From the IMG/VR virus record IMGVR_UViG_3300028800_000012, positions 1 to 64,000 of that record: DNA of 64,000 bases; one strand, 5' to 3'. This stretch comes from a virus. The notes below the pieces were generated by a model. The model saw nothing but the letters and a program-made list of their open reading frames with translations, was not told the DNA's origin and ran no database searches. Position 1 is the stretch's first letter, and each line of letters begins with the position of its first letter. Positions 54,385 to 63,671 of this stretch are shown piece by piece. A program made the translations under genes and the position numbers.

Positions 54385-55314
54385 CTAGAACCGCGTGACC
54401 TGCAGCGCAGACGACGGAGAACCGCTGGTCGGCTTGATCGCCTGAAACGGCAGCGTCACGATGCGAGACTGTGGGTTTTGCACAGGGGCGGAATTGCCCG
54501 ACAACTTCACCCGCGCCATCTGGAATTCAAGGCCGTGTCCCGCTGGGTCGGTGAGCGAGAATGACAGGCCGAATTCCGTCTCGTTCACATACCGGCTCAG
54601 CCACGTCGCGGAAATGCTCTGATCCAAGAACATCGTCACTTGGCCCGACACATCTCCCATGCCGTATTCGATGACTTGAGCCGATCTGTTGCCGAGCGTG
54701 TAGTTGGCCTTGGCGCCGTTATCGAGTGTGAAATCGACTCCGGTAATCATGGCCAACGCGGTGCCGGATTGCGCCGCGTCGTCATAGATCGACCCCGTGA
54801 GCGTATCGAACGGCTGGTTCGTGCCAGGGCCTGTCGGCGTGCCGCCCGACGTTGTACCCGATCCAGTCATGGTCGTGCCGAGTAATGAGAATGTCGATTG
54901 GACGATCTGCCCCGGCGCCATCTTGAAATTCCACTTGGACACCAGCATGTCGCGGTAGAGCCGATAGCGGCTCACGTCCAAGGCGCCATCTTCCAATGAC
55001 AGATAGGTCGGCGTCGTACCTATGGTGATAACGTTTGTCGCCCAAGCGCCGAACAGCGCCGATTGGATGAAGTCATCGAAATCCGTATAGGCGAGTTCGA
55101 CGACGACATCGCCTTCCGCATGCCGCGTGGTGTGACGGAAATCCGATACTTCGCGATCCGAGCGGATTGTCGCGCTCTTGATCGTGTCGGTTTTGTAATC
55201 GAGGCTATGCGAGACGAATTTCGTCTTGACATAATTGCCGGTCGCGGCGGTGCCGAAGGCAGTCTGTGCTTTCTCCAGCAGTTGCGAACGAATGCCTTGG
55301 GCATACGTGGCCAT
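54385..55314 (-). CDS. Major tail (tube) protein
   Basis: MATYAQGIRSQLLEKAQTAFGTAATGNYV..., syntenic position. Confidence 0.75.
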   Translation of the reverse strand: MATYAQGIRSQLLEKAQTAFGTAATGNYVKTKFVSHSLDYKTDTIKSATIRSDREVSDFRHTTRHAEGDVVVELAYTDFDDFIQSALFGAWATNVITIGTTPTYLSLEDGALDVSRYRLYRDMLVSKWNFKMAPGQIVQSTFSLLGTTMTGSGTTSGGTPTGPGTNQPFDTLTGSIYDDAAQSGTALAMITGVDFTLDNGAKANYTLGNRSAQVIEYGMGDVSGQVTMFLDQSISATWLSRYVNETEFGLSFSLTDPAGHGLEFQMARVKLSGNSAPVQNPQSRIVTLPFQAIKPTSGSPSSALQVTRF

Positions 55315-55408
55315 GTTTAAATCGCTCCGTCTAAGTCGGGGAATGCGTCGCCGTCACGGCGATGCGGGGCGCGCTTGCGAGGCTGCGCTTTTGGGTGATC
55401 GGCCGCGG

Positions 55409-55882
55409 TTAAAGAGCGCCGAGGTATTGAGAGCCGCGCGGATGGTTGAACGCGATGCGCAGTAATGGCGTGGTGCTTGTTCGTGTCGTCCACGCCACAG
55501 TCACGGGCACCATGACCCAATCTGGGTGTGCTTGGGCGGGCGCGCGTTCCGCATAGCGCACGCGGACGACAGTTTCATTTTGCGTCACAACCTGCCCCGG
55601 CGGGAATTTTGCTCGAACTGCGTCGGCGGCGGATTCGGCTAGTCCTGTTCCCGACCCGGATGGGAAGAACAGACTGGCTTGGAATAAACCTTGCCGGATC
55701 GTATCGCCGTATTGACCGAGAGTGCGCGGACGTTCCGCTGTCGGCACCAGCGCATAAGCAACATAGGCGGTGCCGACGACAGGCGTGTAGGGAACGCCCT
55801 CATAGGCCTTGTCGCCCGGCAGTCCTGCCGCTGTATTCGCCTGCACGGTCAGAGCGCCACGGATATCCTGAAAGACGCTCAC
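55409..55882 (-). CDS. DUF4128-like tail terminator, copy B
   Basis: FQDIRGALTVQANTAAGLPGDKAYEGVPYTP; paralogue of 55901-56314. Confidence 0.65.
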   Translation of the reverse strand: MSVFQDIRGALTVQANTAAGLPGDKAYEGVPYTPVVGTAYVAYALVPTAERPRTLGQYGDTIRQGLFQASLFFPSGSGTGLAESAADAVRAKFPPGQVVTQNETVVRVRYAERAPAQAHPDWVMVPVTVAWTTRTSTTPLLRIAFNHPRGSQYLGAL

Positions 55883-55900
55883 CCGTACCGCCCGATTACA

Positions 55901-56314
55901 TTACAATGCGTTGTGCAAATTCCATCCAACCGAGACTGGAACGGTGATCCAGTCTGGGGTTATCTGTGCCGGCCTGCGCTCGGCATACTCGATGCGCACC
56001 GATGTTTGCCCCTGTGTCACAACATCCCCGGGAACAAACTGGTCTTTGACAGAATCGGCGGCCTGCTCGGCTTGCCCTGTTCCTGAATCGGATGGGAACC
56101 ACAAAGTGATATGAAATTCACCTTGCAGGAGCGTCACAGTCCCGCCGAACGTAACCGGCCGCTCTTGTTCCGGCAGAAGCGAGTAGACGGCATAAGCTAT
56201 TCCGACATTCGGCGTGATCGGCACGCCTTCATAGGCGTGTACCGCCGGCATTCCGGACGCTGCATTAGCTCGCGTCGTTAAGGCCCCGCGAATATCTTGG
56301 AATAGAGTCGTCAC
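55901..56314 (-). CDS. DUF4128-like tail terminator, copy A
   Basis: FQDIRGALTTRANAASGMPAVHAYEGVPITP. Confidence 0.65.
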   Translation of the reverse strand: MTTLFQDIRGALTTRANAASGMPAVHAYEGVPITPNVGIAYAVYSLLPEQERPVTFGGTVTLLQGEFHITLWFPSDSGTGQAEQAADSVKDQFVPGDVVTQGQTSVRIEYAERRPAQITPDWITVPVSVGWNLHNAL

Positions 56315-56760
56315 AATGCGGCGACTCTTTGCGCGGTTTCTTCGGCAATGCTTGCGGCACGATCAAGCGTCGATCTAACGAATGAACGCGGGGCCTGATT
56401 GTATTTGCGGCCGAGCGCATCGGTGCCGACAAAACCGAATTCAACCCGCATGGCATAAGTGGCGCCGTTATTCATGTAGAACATGTCGCCGAGTTTGAAT
56501 TCTGCCCCACCAACGAAGCCAAGCGACGCCGCTAAAGCTCCACCGCTTTTCGGACTAGACGGACCTGACACTACATCCTGCGCATTGATCGATGCGTACC
56601 ATGACGCCCGCAGAAACCCCGTCTTGACCGGCGTCGCTTCAATCACCTGTTCGCCGATATCCTGCACGAATTCGGACGCGAACAGTTGCGCCCGGCCCTT
56701 GGCCTTCTGCACAAAGGCGTCGATGTTGACGGTGAATTCCTTGGTGTCGGCGGTAAACAT
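56311..56760 (-). CDS. HK97 gp10-like tail completion protein
   Basis: FVQKAKGRAQLFASEFVQDIGEQVIEATPVKTGFLRASWYASI. Confidence 0.8.
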   Translation of the reverse strand: MFTADTKEFTVNIDAFVQKAKGRAQLFASEFVQDIGEQVIEATPVKTGFLRASWYASINAQDVVSGPSSPKSGGALAASLGFVGGAEFKLGDMFYMNNGATYAMRVEFGFVGTDALGRKYNQAPRSFVRSTLDRAASIAEETAQRVAAL

Positions 56761-57122
56761 TACTTGCGCACCTGCAGCGTGTAACTGCCGATGATGCCGC
56801 CGATCTCGCGCGTCTTGAAATTGACAACCGTGTAGACATCCGACCCGACGACAAGACGGTCACCCACCTGCGGGGTGACGCTAGTATCGGTCGGGAGAAA
56901 CGTTGCCTTGCGGTCGGATTCCTTGATGACGGTGCCGTCCTGCGCAACATCGGAATAATCGCCGAGCCGTCCAGTGCCGGGGTAGTCGGTCGTCGTGTCG
57001 CCGGTTGTCGTGCCTGTGGTTGGGTCATACGTGCCGGCAACAATGCGCCGCAGCGTCATTGCCCGGCCCATGTCGCCGAGAAACCCGACGACACTCGCCT
57101 GGAATTGATTGCCGACCGTCAT
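56760..57122 (-). CDS. Head-tail adaptor/stopper
   Basis: MTLRRIVAGTYDPTTGTTTG...VGDRLVVGSDVYTVVN. Confidence 0.75.
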   Translation of the reverse strand: MTVGNQFQASVVGFLGDMGRAMTLRRIVAGTYDPTTGTTTGDTTTDYPGTGRLGDYSDVAQDGTVIKESDRKATFLPTDTSVTPQVGDRLVVGSDVYTVVNFKTREIGGIIGSYTLQVRK

Positions 57123-57580
57123 CAGCTCGTCGCGTCGTCGATGAAGTCGCGGCTATACGGCAGCGCAGTACCGGGGAAATCCATCTGGCCGACCTCGAAG
57201 CGATTCGGCTCGCGATCCGTATCCTGCCGCTCCGTATCCATATCGGCTTTGCTGGTGCCGCCGACGAACGGCGACCCAAGCCCGCCGCTGTCCGCCGTGA
57301 CCGCCTGTGTTCGCAGCCGAGTCGCCAGTGCGCGGAACATATCGGCGCGCTGGTTGTATTGCACGCTGGCGCCGTCGATCGACATCGCCGCAAAGCGGGA
57401 ATACTTCGCCGCCTGTGCATCGGCGAGTGCTGCCGCTGTCTGCAACGGCGATCCATAGATGCCGAGCGCGCCGGAAATTTCTTCGTCTGAGAACAGCGGG
57501 TCTGACGTGGTTGTATCGCCGAGTGCCAAGCGGACTTTCGCAAGATCGTTCGCCAAAGATGTGTCGTAAGTAAACGTCAC
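57122..57580 (-). CDS. Head-tail connector (gp6-like)
   Basis: YDTSLANDLAKVRLALGDTTTSDPLFSDEEI. Confidence 0.8.
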   Translation of the reverse strand: MTFTYDTSLANDLAKVRLALGDTTTSDPLFSDEEISGALGIYGSPLQTAAALADAQAAKYSRFAAMSIDGASVQYNQRADMFRALATRLRTQAVTADSGGLGSPFVGGTSKADMDTERQDTDREPNRFEVGQMDFPGTALPYSRDFIDDATS

Positions 57581-58377
57581 TTTCCGTCCACCATTTCACG
57601 CACAACACGAAGATATTTGAACGCCAACCCCATATTCATTTCGGCGAGCGTGAACTGCTGTTGGACTAATGAAGCCCACCATTGACGCCTGTTGCCGGGC
57701 ATCTCCGGTTTTTCCAGATCGGCGAGATCGAGATTCCCGACCGGCGCCGCCGCAGACGTTGGCTCGACAAACACAGGGACGCCCTCTTTTGCGGCTTCTA
57801 CCGCCGCATTGCTCGAATGCGTCACCAAGGCCCAACAACCCCGCAATTGCTCGCGTAACGGCCGGGTTTCTTCCTTGGTCCGGATAATGATCGGCCGGTC
57901 TGTGTGCTGCCGCACAAGCCCTTGGATTTTACAGGCCCAAGGGATGACCTTGATCCCCATTGCACGGCCGTAATGCACGCTCGGCAACGCTATGAGAACG
58001 TGCTTTCCCGTCGTTCTCCACGGCTTGATCTCGCGGATGCACATCGCCTCCGCGCGCTCGTAATCCGGCTTATCGAACATGACGGGAGTCATGCCGCGAT
58101 AAGTGAACCTGTAGTAACCGAACGGGCCGCCCTTAGCCGGCCGCCAATAACCGTTGTCAATATGCCAGAACGGACGATCTGCTCTTATTGCCTGCGGGAT
58201 AGCATCAAGCGCCGTCCAAAGCTGGCCCCATATTGCAAATGGAGCGCCGTCATTCGGCGGCATTCCTGCGACCAGCGCCGCCTTCTCTCCCCACCCCGGC
58301 GCTAGTGACGCCATGATGCGGGTTGTCTTTATTCTCCGCTCAGGCTCGACTACGCACCATAGGCGAACGTCGCTCAT
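57577..58377 (-). CDS. Putative polysaccharide-biosynthesis/glycosyltransferase-like protein
   Basis: FWHIDNGYW...LVTHSSNAAVEAAKEGVPVFVEPTSAAAPVG resembles capsular polysaccharide enzymes. Confidence 0.6.
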   Translation of the reverse strand: MSDVRLWCVVEPERRIKTTRIMASLAPGWGEKAALVAGMPPNDGAPFAIWGQLWTALDAIPQAIRADRPFWHIDNGYWRPAKGGPFGYYRFTYRGMTPVMFDKPDYERAEAMCIREIKPWRTTGKHVLIALPSVHYGRAMGIKVIPWACKIQGLVRQHTDRPIIIRTKEETRPLREQLRGCWALVTHSSNAAVEAAKEGVPVFVEPTSAAAPVGNLDLADLEKPEMPGNRRQWWASLVQQQFTLAEMNMGLAFKYLRVVREMVDGK

Positions 58378-58389
58378 GGCGCGGCACTC

Positions 58390-59031
58390 CTACCAACTCA
58401 GGATATAATCACCGGCGATGACCTTCCGGACTTGCGCGCCCCATGAGCACAGCAATTCAACGGCATCGGTATCTCCGATGCCGAACTGCTTACCCTTGCC
58501 GATCTTCTGCTCGACAATCATGGCCGGACGATACTTGCGGATGGTCTGCGCGCCGCCTTTGCAAACAAACAGTTCGAACCCTTCGCAATCGATTTTTACG
58601 AGGTCAACATTGGCGAGTTCGAACGAATCCAGAGTCTTCATCTTCGCCAGATGCTCACCGTGCGCGGCAATCCATGTATCGCCCGATGAACTCTCGCCAG
58701 TATGCAGCGAAACGGATGCCCCGTGATCGCCGAGCGCAAACGGCCAAATATCGCAATTGTCTGTTTTGATATTCGCGTACCAGCATTCGCGGTGCCGCTC
58801 GACCGGCTCGAATGCCGTGACGTGCCGGAACATGACGGACAGAGGCCGCGTCCACAGTCCCGTATGCGCCCCGATATCGACTGCATGGCGGAAGTTCTTC
58901 ACATACGGTAGCGCCGCCATCAGTTTGTGCAATTGATAACTGGGACCGCCGGCAAATTCAGGCCCGTTCTCCAGAAATGCATCCAAGTGCGATTCACCGT
59001 CAGGGAGAAAGAAGCCATTAACTTGCTTCAA
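58390..59031 (-). CDS. FkbM-family methyltransferase
   Basis: HAVDIGAHTGLWTRPLSVMFRHVTAFEPVERH...LANVDLVKIDCEGFE. Confidence 0.88.
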   Translation of the reverse strand: MKQVNGFFLPDGESHLDAFLENGPEFAGGPSYQLHKLMAALPYVKNFRHAVDIGAHTGLWTRPLSVMFRHVTAFEPVERHRECWYANIKTDNCDIWPFALGDHGASVSLHTGESSSGDTWIAAHGEHLAKMKTLDSFELANVDLVKIDCEGFELFVCKGGAQTIRKYRPAMIVEQKIGKGKQFGIGDTDAVELLCSWGAQVRKVIAGDYILSW

Positions 59032-59810
59032 GCAAGCCTCACTTTCGCCGCGTCATAGACCTCATCGGCCCCGATCCGCGCCATGCAGTCTCGACAATGG
59101 TCGCAAGGAGCAAGATTCCCGCAACCCAGATCATCGCCGGTAAACATGTTCGTATGCACGTCGTAGCCTGTTACGCGCGGCGAAATAAACCCGCCGAAGA
59201 TCACCACCGCAGCGATACCAAGCGCCGCCGCTGCATGATGCAGCCCGCCTTCTGGTCCGACATACAATTGCGCCCGCTCAAGCGACGCGCATGCGAGCCG
59301 GAATGTAGCGGCCTTGATTGTTCTGACACCGGCTAGCCGATGCGGCCCCGTGTCGAACTGCGCCACGTCGTGCCCGTCCATCGCCAACTGATCGGCGACT
59401 TCCTGATACCTGTTGACCGGCCACTGCTTATTCGGCGCCGAATGCTTGGTGTTCGGCTCGATGATGACGTCGGCATCGCCGAACGACTTCGCCCATTCCC
59501 GCTCGGCGTCGGTCAGATAGAGTTCGCCGGGGATAGCCTTGAAGCCTGGATTAAATATCCATCGATCGCCATCGATCCGGCAGTAAGCCCGCGCGCCGGG
59601 CGCATGGATGATCCAGTCTATCGATTCGCCGGTATCCTCCGCGCCGGGAGGCGCGACGTTCGGATTGCCGCGGTAGATGTCATGGGCATTGCGGTGCCAG
59701 ATGATGCGGCGGCAATTAACGTCACTGAAGGCGACGCGCTTGCCGTGCTTGGCTGCGCCTTTGGCAAGGCCGGAGCCAAGGATCTCGTCGCCGAAGCCCG
59801 TGACACGACC
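59028..59810 (-). CDS. GT9 (heptosyltransferase)-like protein, start unresolved
   Basis: Open frame VTGFGDEILGSGLAKGAAKHGKRVAFSDVN...AQLYVGPEGGLHHAAAALGIAAVVIFGG; no ATG/GTG/TTG between 59810 and 59388. Confidence 0.7.
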   Translation of the reverse strand, partial: GRVTGFGDEILGSGLAKGAAKHGKRVAFSDVNCRRIIWHRNAHDIYRGNPNVAPPGAEDTGESIDWIIHAPGARAYCRIDGDRWIFNPGFKAIPGELYLTDAEREWAKSFGDADVIIEPNTKHSAPNKQWPVNRYQEVADQLAMDGHDVAQFDTGPHRLAGVRTIKAATFRLACASLERAQLYVGPEGGLHHAAAALGIAAVVIFGGFISPRVTGYDVHTNMFTGDDLGCGNLAPCDHCRDCMARIGADEVYDAAKVRLA

Positions 59811-60794
59811 TCAATTATAGGCGACGCATTGTTCGCATGGCGTTCCGCGCACATCCTTTTTCAGATGCGCCGCACGCAATGCCGTGAATGCCGCCGAATT
59901 CCACGCATCCATAAACGGCTGCTTAGTCAGATCGCCCATCGCCCATGATTTATTCGCGTCGAAGCAGCAGGCGGATAGCTTCCCGTCGGCCGTGACATGG
60001 CCTTCCGTGAAAGCTGACCAGCAAGGCAATGGCTCTCTTAACGCCCCGAGCCTGCCTTGATTGCCGGCGGTCGGCCGGTATCCGAGTTCTTCTTCCCGCG
60101 CCGTCGCAAATGCACCCATCGAGTACAAGGGCAGCCAGTAATGCTCGTCCACATACGGCACGACATGCTCGGCCAGGAGATTTTCCATCTTGGCCTGTTG
60201 CTCGCCGTCATACCGGATCGAAGACGCATAGAGTCCGGTCGGATACCCCCTCGCCTCGCGCAATTCCCATGCGGCTTTGATATTGCTCAGTGCGATCGGA
60301 TACAGCCGGCGGTCAACCGCCATGACGTGTTCGAACTGGTCTTCATCCGCCGCATTTACCGACCATTTGATCGAGTCGATGCCGGCGCGCATGAGTTCGT
60401 CGACCCAGCGCGGCTTTGCCAGTGACGCATTCGACGTGAGGAATACATACGGCATCCCCACGTCCTGCTTGAGGTATTCGACGCAGGCGACAAGCAGTTT
60501 GGGATTCATCATGCTTTCGCCGAGGAAGAAGCACCCGACCTCCTCGACGCCGGCATCGCGCATTTCGCGTGTGATTCGCTTGAAAAACTCGAAATCCATG
60601 TCGGACTTCGGCTGTTCCTCGCGCGTCCGTAGAGCGCAGAAGCCGCAGCGATAGTTACATCGCGGCGATATTTCGATCTTGACCGAGCGCGGCGCGGGAC
60701 ATTCGGCCTTGAGATATGCCGGGGGAATTTTTGTGACGGCATCGATGCGTTCGGTAATCATCGCGCCGCCCACTCCGCCAATGTTGAACGCCAT
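59811..60794 (-). CDS. Radical SAM protein with SPASM-like C-terminus
   Basis: SPRCNYRCGFCALRT; C-term CWSAFTEGHVTADGKLSACCFD...CEQC. Confidence 0.9.
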   Translation of the reverse strand: MAFNIGGVGGAMITERIDAVTKIPPAYLKAECPAPRSVKIEISPRCNYRCGFCALRTREEQPKSDMDFEFFKRITREMRDAGVEEVGCFFLGESMMNPKLLVACVEYLKQDVGMPYVFLTSNASLAKPRWVDELMRAGIDSIKWSVNAADEDQFEHVMAVDRRLYPIALSNIKAAWELREARGYPTGLYASSIRYDGEQQAKMENLLAEHVVPYVDEHYWLPLYSMGAFATAREEELGYRPTAGNQGRLGALREPLPCWSAFTEGHVTADGKLSACCFDANKSWAMGDLTKQPFMDAWNSAAFTALRAAHLKKDVRGTPCEQCVAYN

Positions 60795-61498
60795 TCATCG
60801 GCGAATGGAACGTCCTCGTATCCCGCCATGCAGGGAGAACCCAACGTATGGTGCACGACCTTCGGGCTTTCGATCGGCTCGCTTTCGCCGGCCAGCCAAT
60901 TCCATTCCGGAGCGAGTTCGCCGATTTGGTCGTCTTTCAGCCAGCAGAGCCGATGCAGATCGCGGCCGGGAAGCGTATTGACGAGTTCGGGCGTGAGCGC
61001 CTTGTTTGCCGTTCGGTCGCAATCAAAAACGACCAAGCTGCTCCAGTTTTTGCGGGCGTATTTGGTCTGCGCCTGCCCGTCCATTTTGACGGTTGAATGC
61101 GGCTCATGCTGATGCTTGACGCACCATGCGGCCTTTGGGCTTTCCTGCCGCTCGATCCATTGGAACAGGCGGCACAGGTTTTCCCTGACCAGCATGTCGC
61201 AGTCCATGAACAGCGCCAGCCCATGACCGGCGAGATGCGGAACAAGAAAGCGAGATATCGAGAACTGCGTCGAGCAAGGAGCGCCGCTGATCTCGTCCCA
61301 CAACTGCCACTGACCTTCGCTGTTCAAGCGCCGGTCGGTGGGTCGGCGGTAGAGCCCCCGCTTTTTCAAATCATCCAGCACCAGGCCATACACCGGCACC
61401 GGAAGCGTCAGTCTCTTGTTGATCGAGTGGCGGGCTACAGCGAACGCGGCGGCTTCACGCGGATCGAAGCCGATCCAGATACTCCAAGCCCTGCTCAA
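60758..61498 (-). CDS. GT8-like glycosyltransferase
   Basis: IGFDPREAAAFAVARHSI...LALFMDCDML (DxD-type). Confidence 0.72.
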   Translation of the reverse strand: MSRAWSIWIGFDPREAAAFAVARHSINKRLTLPVPVYGLVLDDLKKRGLYRRPTDRRLNSEGQWQLWDEISGAPCSTQFSISRFLVPHLAGHGLALFMDCDMLVRENLCRLFQWIERQESPKAAWCVKHQHEPHSTVKMDGQAQTKYARKNWSSLVVFDCDRTANKALTPELVNTLPGRDLHRLCWLKDDQIGELAPEWNWLAGESEPIESPKVVHHTLGSPCMAGYEDVPFADEWRSTLAEWAAR

Positions 61499-62129
61499 TC
61501 GTCACCTTTGGAAAAGCGTCAACGGTCGATATCGGCGAGGCATTCAAAACCTCGACGCCGCTGCGTTTGAGTTGGGGGAGACAGGCGTTGAAATTGTCGC
61601 CCCAGTTTTTCCAGTACCGGGCGTTTTGTCCCGCCGAGTACCAGTAGTAGTTTTCTAATTTGTAGTGATGCCCGCCCTGCTCGGTGTAATCGAAGCCGAA
61701 CAGAACGATACGCTTTGCGCCTTTGAGATAGGCGAGATTGACAGCGCCGAACCCGGAATTGCCGCCGCTTTGAATGACGGCGGGGTCATCGCTTAAGCCC
61801 TCGAAACGGGAGAGCCGAAGATACTTCGCCCGCTCGATCAGCGGACATTCAAGCGGAAACTCGTATTCCTGCCCGGTCGGAGCGAGGAAGATTTCCGCCC
61901 GGCACTCATGCCGCAATTTGTCGGCCTGCCGGCATATCCACCGCCGGTCCAATGCGAACACCGCATCGGCAAACGGCATTTCCCACACCGCTTCCTTGAC
62001 GGCGAGAACGCGAATGCCGGGAATGTGGAAGCGGCGGAAGTCGATATCTTTGAGGCTCGGACCCGTGCCGACGATTGCCAGCGGTTTGTCCGACCAATCC
62101 GGGTCGCCGATGCTCGTAAACGGCAGCAT
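61455..62129 (-). CDS. DUF115/MptE-like putative glycan enzyme
   Basis: LAIVGTGPSLKDIDF...QSGGNSGFGAVNLAYLKGAKRIVLFGFDYTEQGGHHY. Confidence 0.65.
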   Translation of the reverse strand: MLPFTSIGDPDWSDKPLAIVGTGPSLKDIDFRRFHIPGIRVLAVKEAVWEMPFADAVFALDRRWICRQADKLRHECRAEIFLAPTGQEYEFPLECPLIERAKYLRLSRFEGLSDDPAVIQSGGNSGFGAVNLAYLKGAKRIVLFGFDYTEQGGHHYKLENYYWYSAGQNARYWKNWGDNFNACLPQLKRSGVEVLNASPISTVDAFPKVTIEQGLEYLDRLRSA

Positions 62130-62518
62130 CAGGACTTCGGCTTGTTCTTCGAACCTTTCGGTCGGCCGCCCTTGCGCCTGACGGGTACATCCGCCGCCAT
62201 GCACACGGTCTGCGCAGCCTCTTGCGGCGCCGCTTCAACAGCCAGAGGCGGCGCAAATGGCCGGTCGTTCTGCGTGATGTAATTCCAGTCGGCTTCTTCG
62301 GCCCGCCTGATCCAGCGCCGCTCGTAATGCTCTTTCAGCATCCGAGTGGAGAATTGAGACTTGTCGACAAGATCGCCGACACGCGGATGATATCCATTGA
62401 CGGTGAAGCCTTTCGGCCACGCGCCATAGACGTAATCCGCGTCTCGATCGAATGGTAAGAGCCAGTACGGGGCGTTCGGTGATGGCACCCTAGGCGTCCC
62501 GCACTGTGTTTGTGCCAC
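62129..62518 (-). CDS. Hypothetical protein, basic C-terminus
   Basis: 129 aa, ATGA overlap; ends GRPKGSKNKPKS. Confidence 0.6.
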   Translation of the reverse strand: MAQTQCGTPRVPSPNAPYWLLPFDRDADYVYGAWPKGFTVNGYHPRVGDLVDKSQFSTRMLKEHYERRWIRRAEEADWNYITQNDRPFAPPLAVEAAPQEAAQTVCMAADVPVRRKGGRPKGSKNKPKS

Positions 62519-62531
62519 GTATCAAGGCCGA

Positions 62532-63548
62532 TTAGGCGATGATCGTGTTGAAAAACACGCCGCACTCAGCCGCGACGAGTTTTTGCGCATACGCCTGTTG
62601 GATTTCCAGCCGGTCGGACTCAAGATGCTCTATCCGGAACTTCTTGATGCGCTGACCGGCGGGTCCGGCGCCAGTGAAGCCGACCCAGTTGAACGTGTAG
62701 CCTCCAGACGGAGACTGCAGGCTCGCGGCAGGAGCCGCATACACAAGCAGCGCCGACTTGCCGCCGATGAACGCATTCGACTCGTTCGTGTTCAGCGTGG
62801 TCGAATTGCTTTCCGCGCCCGTATTCTTGACGGCATCCATGACGAGGATTTCGTCAATTTCCATCAGCGCGGCGACGGCCTGCTTGGTGATGATGGCCGG
62901 CGCACCCGGAGACGCGCCGTACTTGATGCGGTCCGTGATCGAGCCGTGCTCGGACAGCTTCGACCAGACCTGACGGCCCATGACCAACTTGTTCGCCCGG
63001 AAGGTGGACGACAGGTGGATGCGGTCGTTGTAGGTCTTCACATCAGCGACGGGGGTGGCGTTGGAATCGTTCCACTGAAGGACGGTATTTCCAGCCGGGG
63101 AAGCCGAGACGCCGGTCACGTCGACCGACGCGCCGGTCCAGATGCCGGTGGTGAAGTAATTCGACGCCCAGTTGACCTCACGGTTGATGAGCGCCTTGTT
63201 CGCAAGGAAGTTCGTTGTATCGCGGTCCATATCGAGCGGCGAATCCGCATTCGAACGAACCTGATCTTCCACATCCTTGTGCAAGGCCCACACGTCGGCG
63301 TAATACGTCGGCGTGTTGTCGATCCTCCAGCCATCGCCGGCCGATTCCGAACCGGGCGCACGCTTCTTCATCGAGTCGCGGTTGAGGTCGCCGCGCGAAT
63401 AGACGAAATAGCGGTCGGACTGTTTCTGTACGGGAACGGCCGGGAACACTTTGTCGGCGACAAAGGCGTCCGGCTTCTGCATGAACGCGACGGAGATGTT
63501 CGTCAAAATCGCATTGACGTGGACATCGCCAGCGACAGGGTTAGCCAT
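62532..63548 (-). CDS. Major capsid protein
   Basis: FMQKPDAFVADKVFPAVPVQKQSDRYFVYSRGDLNRDSMKKRAPGSES..., 338 aa in head module. Confidence 0.85.
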   Translation of the reverse strand: MANPVAGDVHVNAILTNISVAFMQKPDAFVADKVFPAVPVQKQSDRYFVYSRGDLNRDSMKKRAPGSESAGDGWRIDNTPTYYADVWALHKDVEDQVRSNADSPLDMDRDTTNFLANKALINREVNWASNYFTTGIWTGASVDVTGVSASPAGNTVLQWNDSNATPVADVKTYNDRIHLSSTFRANKLVMGRQVWSKLSEHGSITDRIKYGASPGAPAIITKQAVAALMEIDEILVMDAVKNTGAESNSTTLNTNESNAFIGGKSALLVYAAPAASLQSPSGGYTFNWVGFTGAGPAGQRIKKFRIEHLESDRLEIQQAYAQKLVAAECGVFFNTIIA

Positions 63549-63620
63549 TTGTACTGCTCCCTCTAAGGGAAAGCCGGCGCTGTCACAGCGCGGGCGTAGC
63601 GAAAGGGGTGCGCCTCAACG

Positions 63621-63642
63621 AAAAAGCCGCCCTTAAGGCGGC
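63621..63642 (-). terminator. Rho-independent terminator/attenuator
   Basis: Minus strand GCCGCC-TTAAG-GGCGGC-TTTTT (plus: AAAAAGCCGCCCTTAAGGCGGC). Confidence 0.7.
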
Positions 63643-63671
63643 CACCATCAATGCGCTAGGTTGTCTGTTTG

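Noticed and set aside
62583-63566. 327-aa plus ORF
   Set aside because: Antisense to the convincing major capsid gene; Arg/His-rich shadow ORF typical of high-GC DNA.
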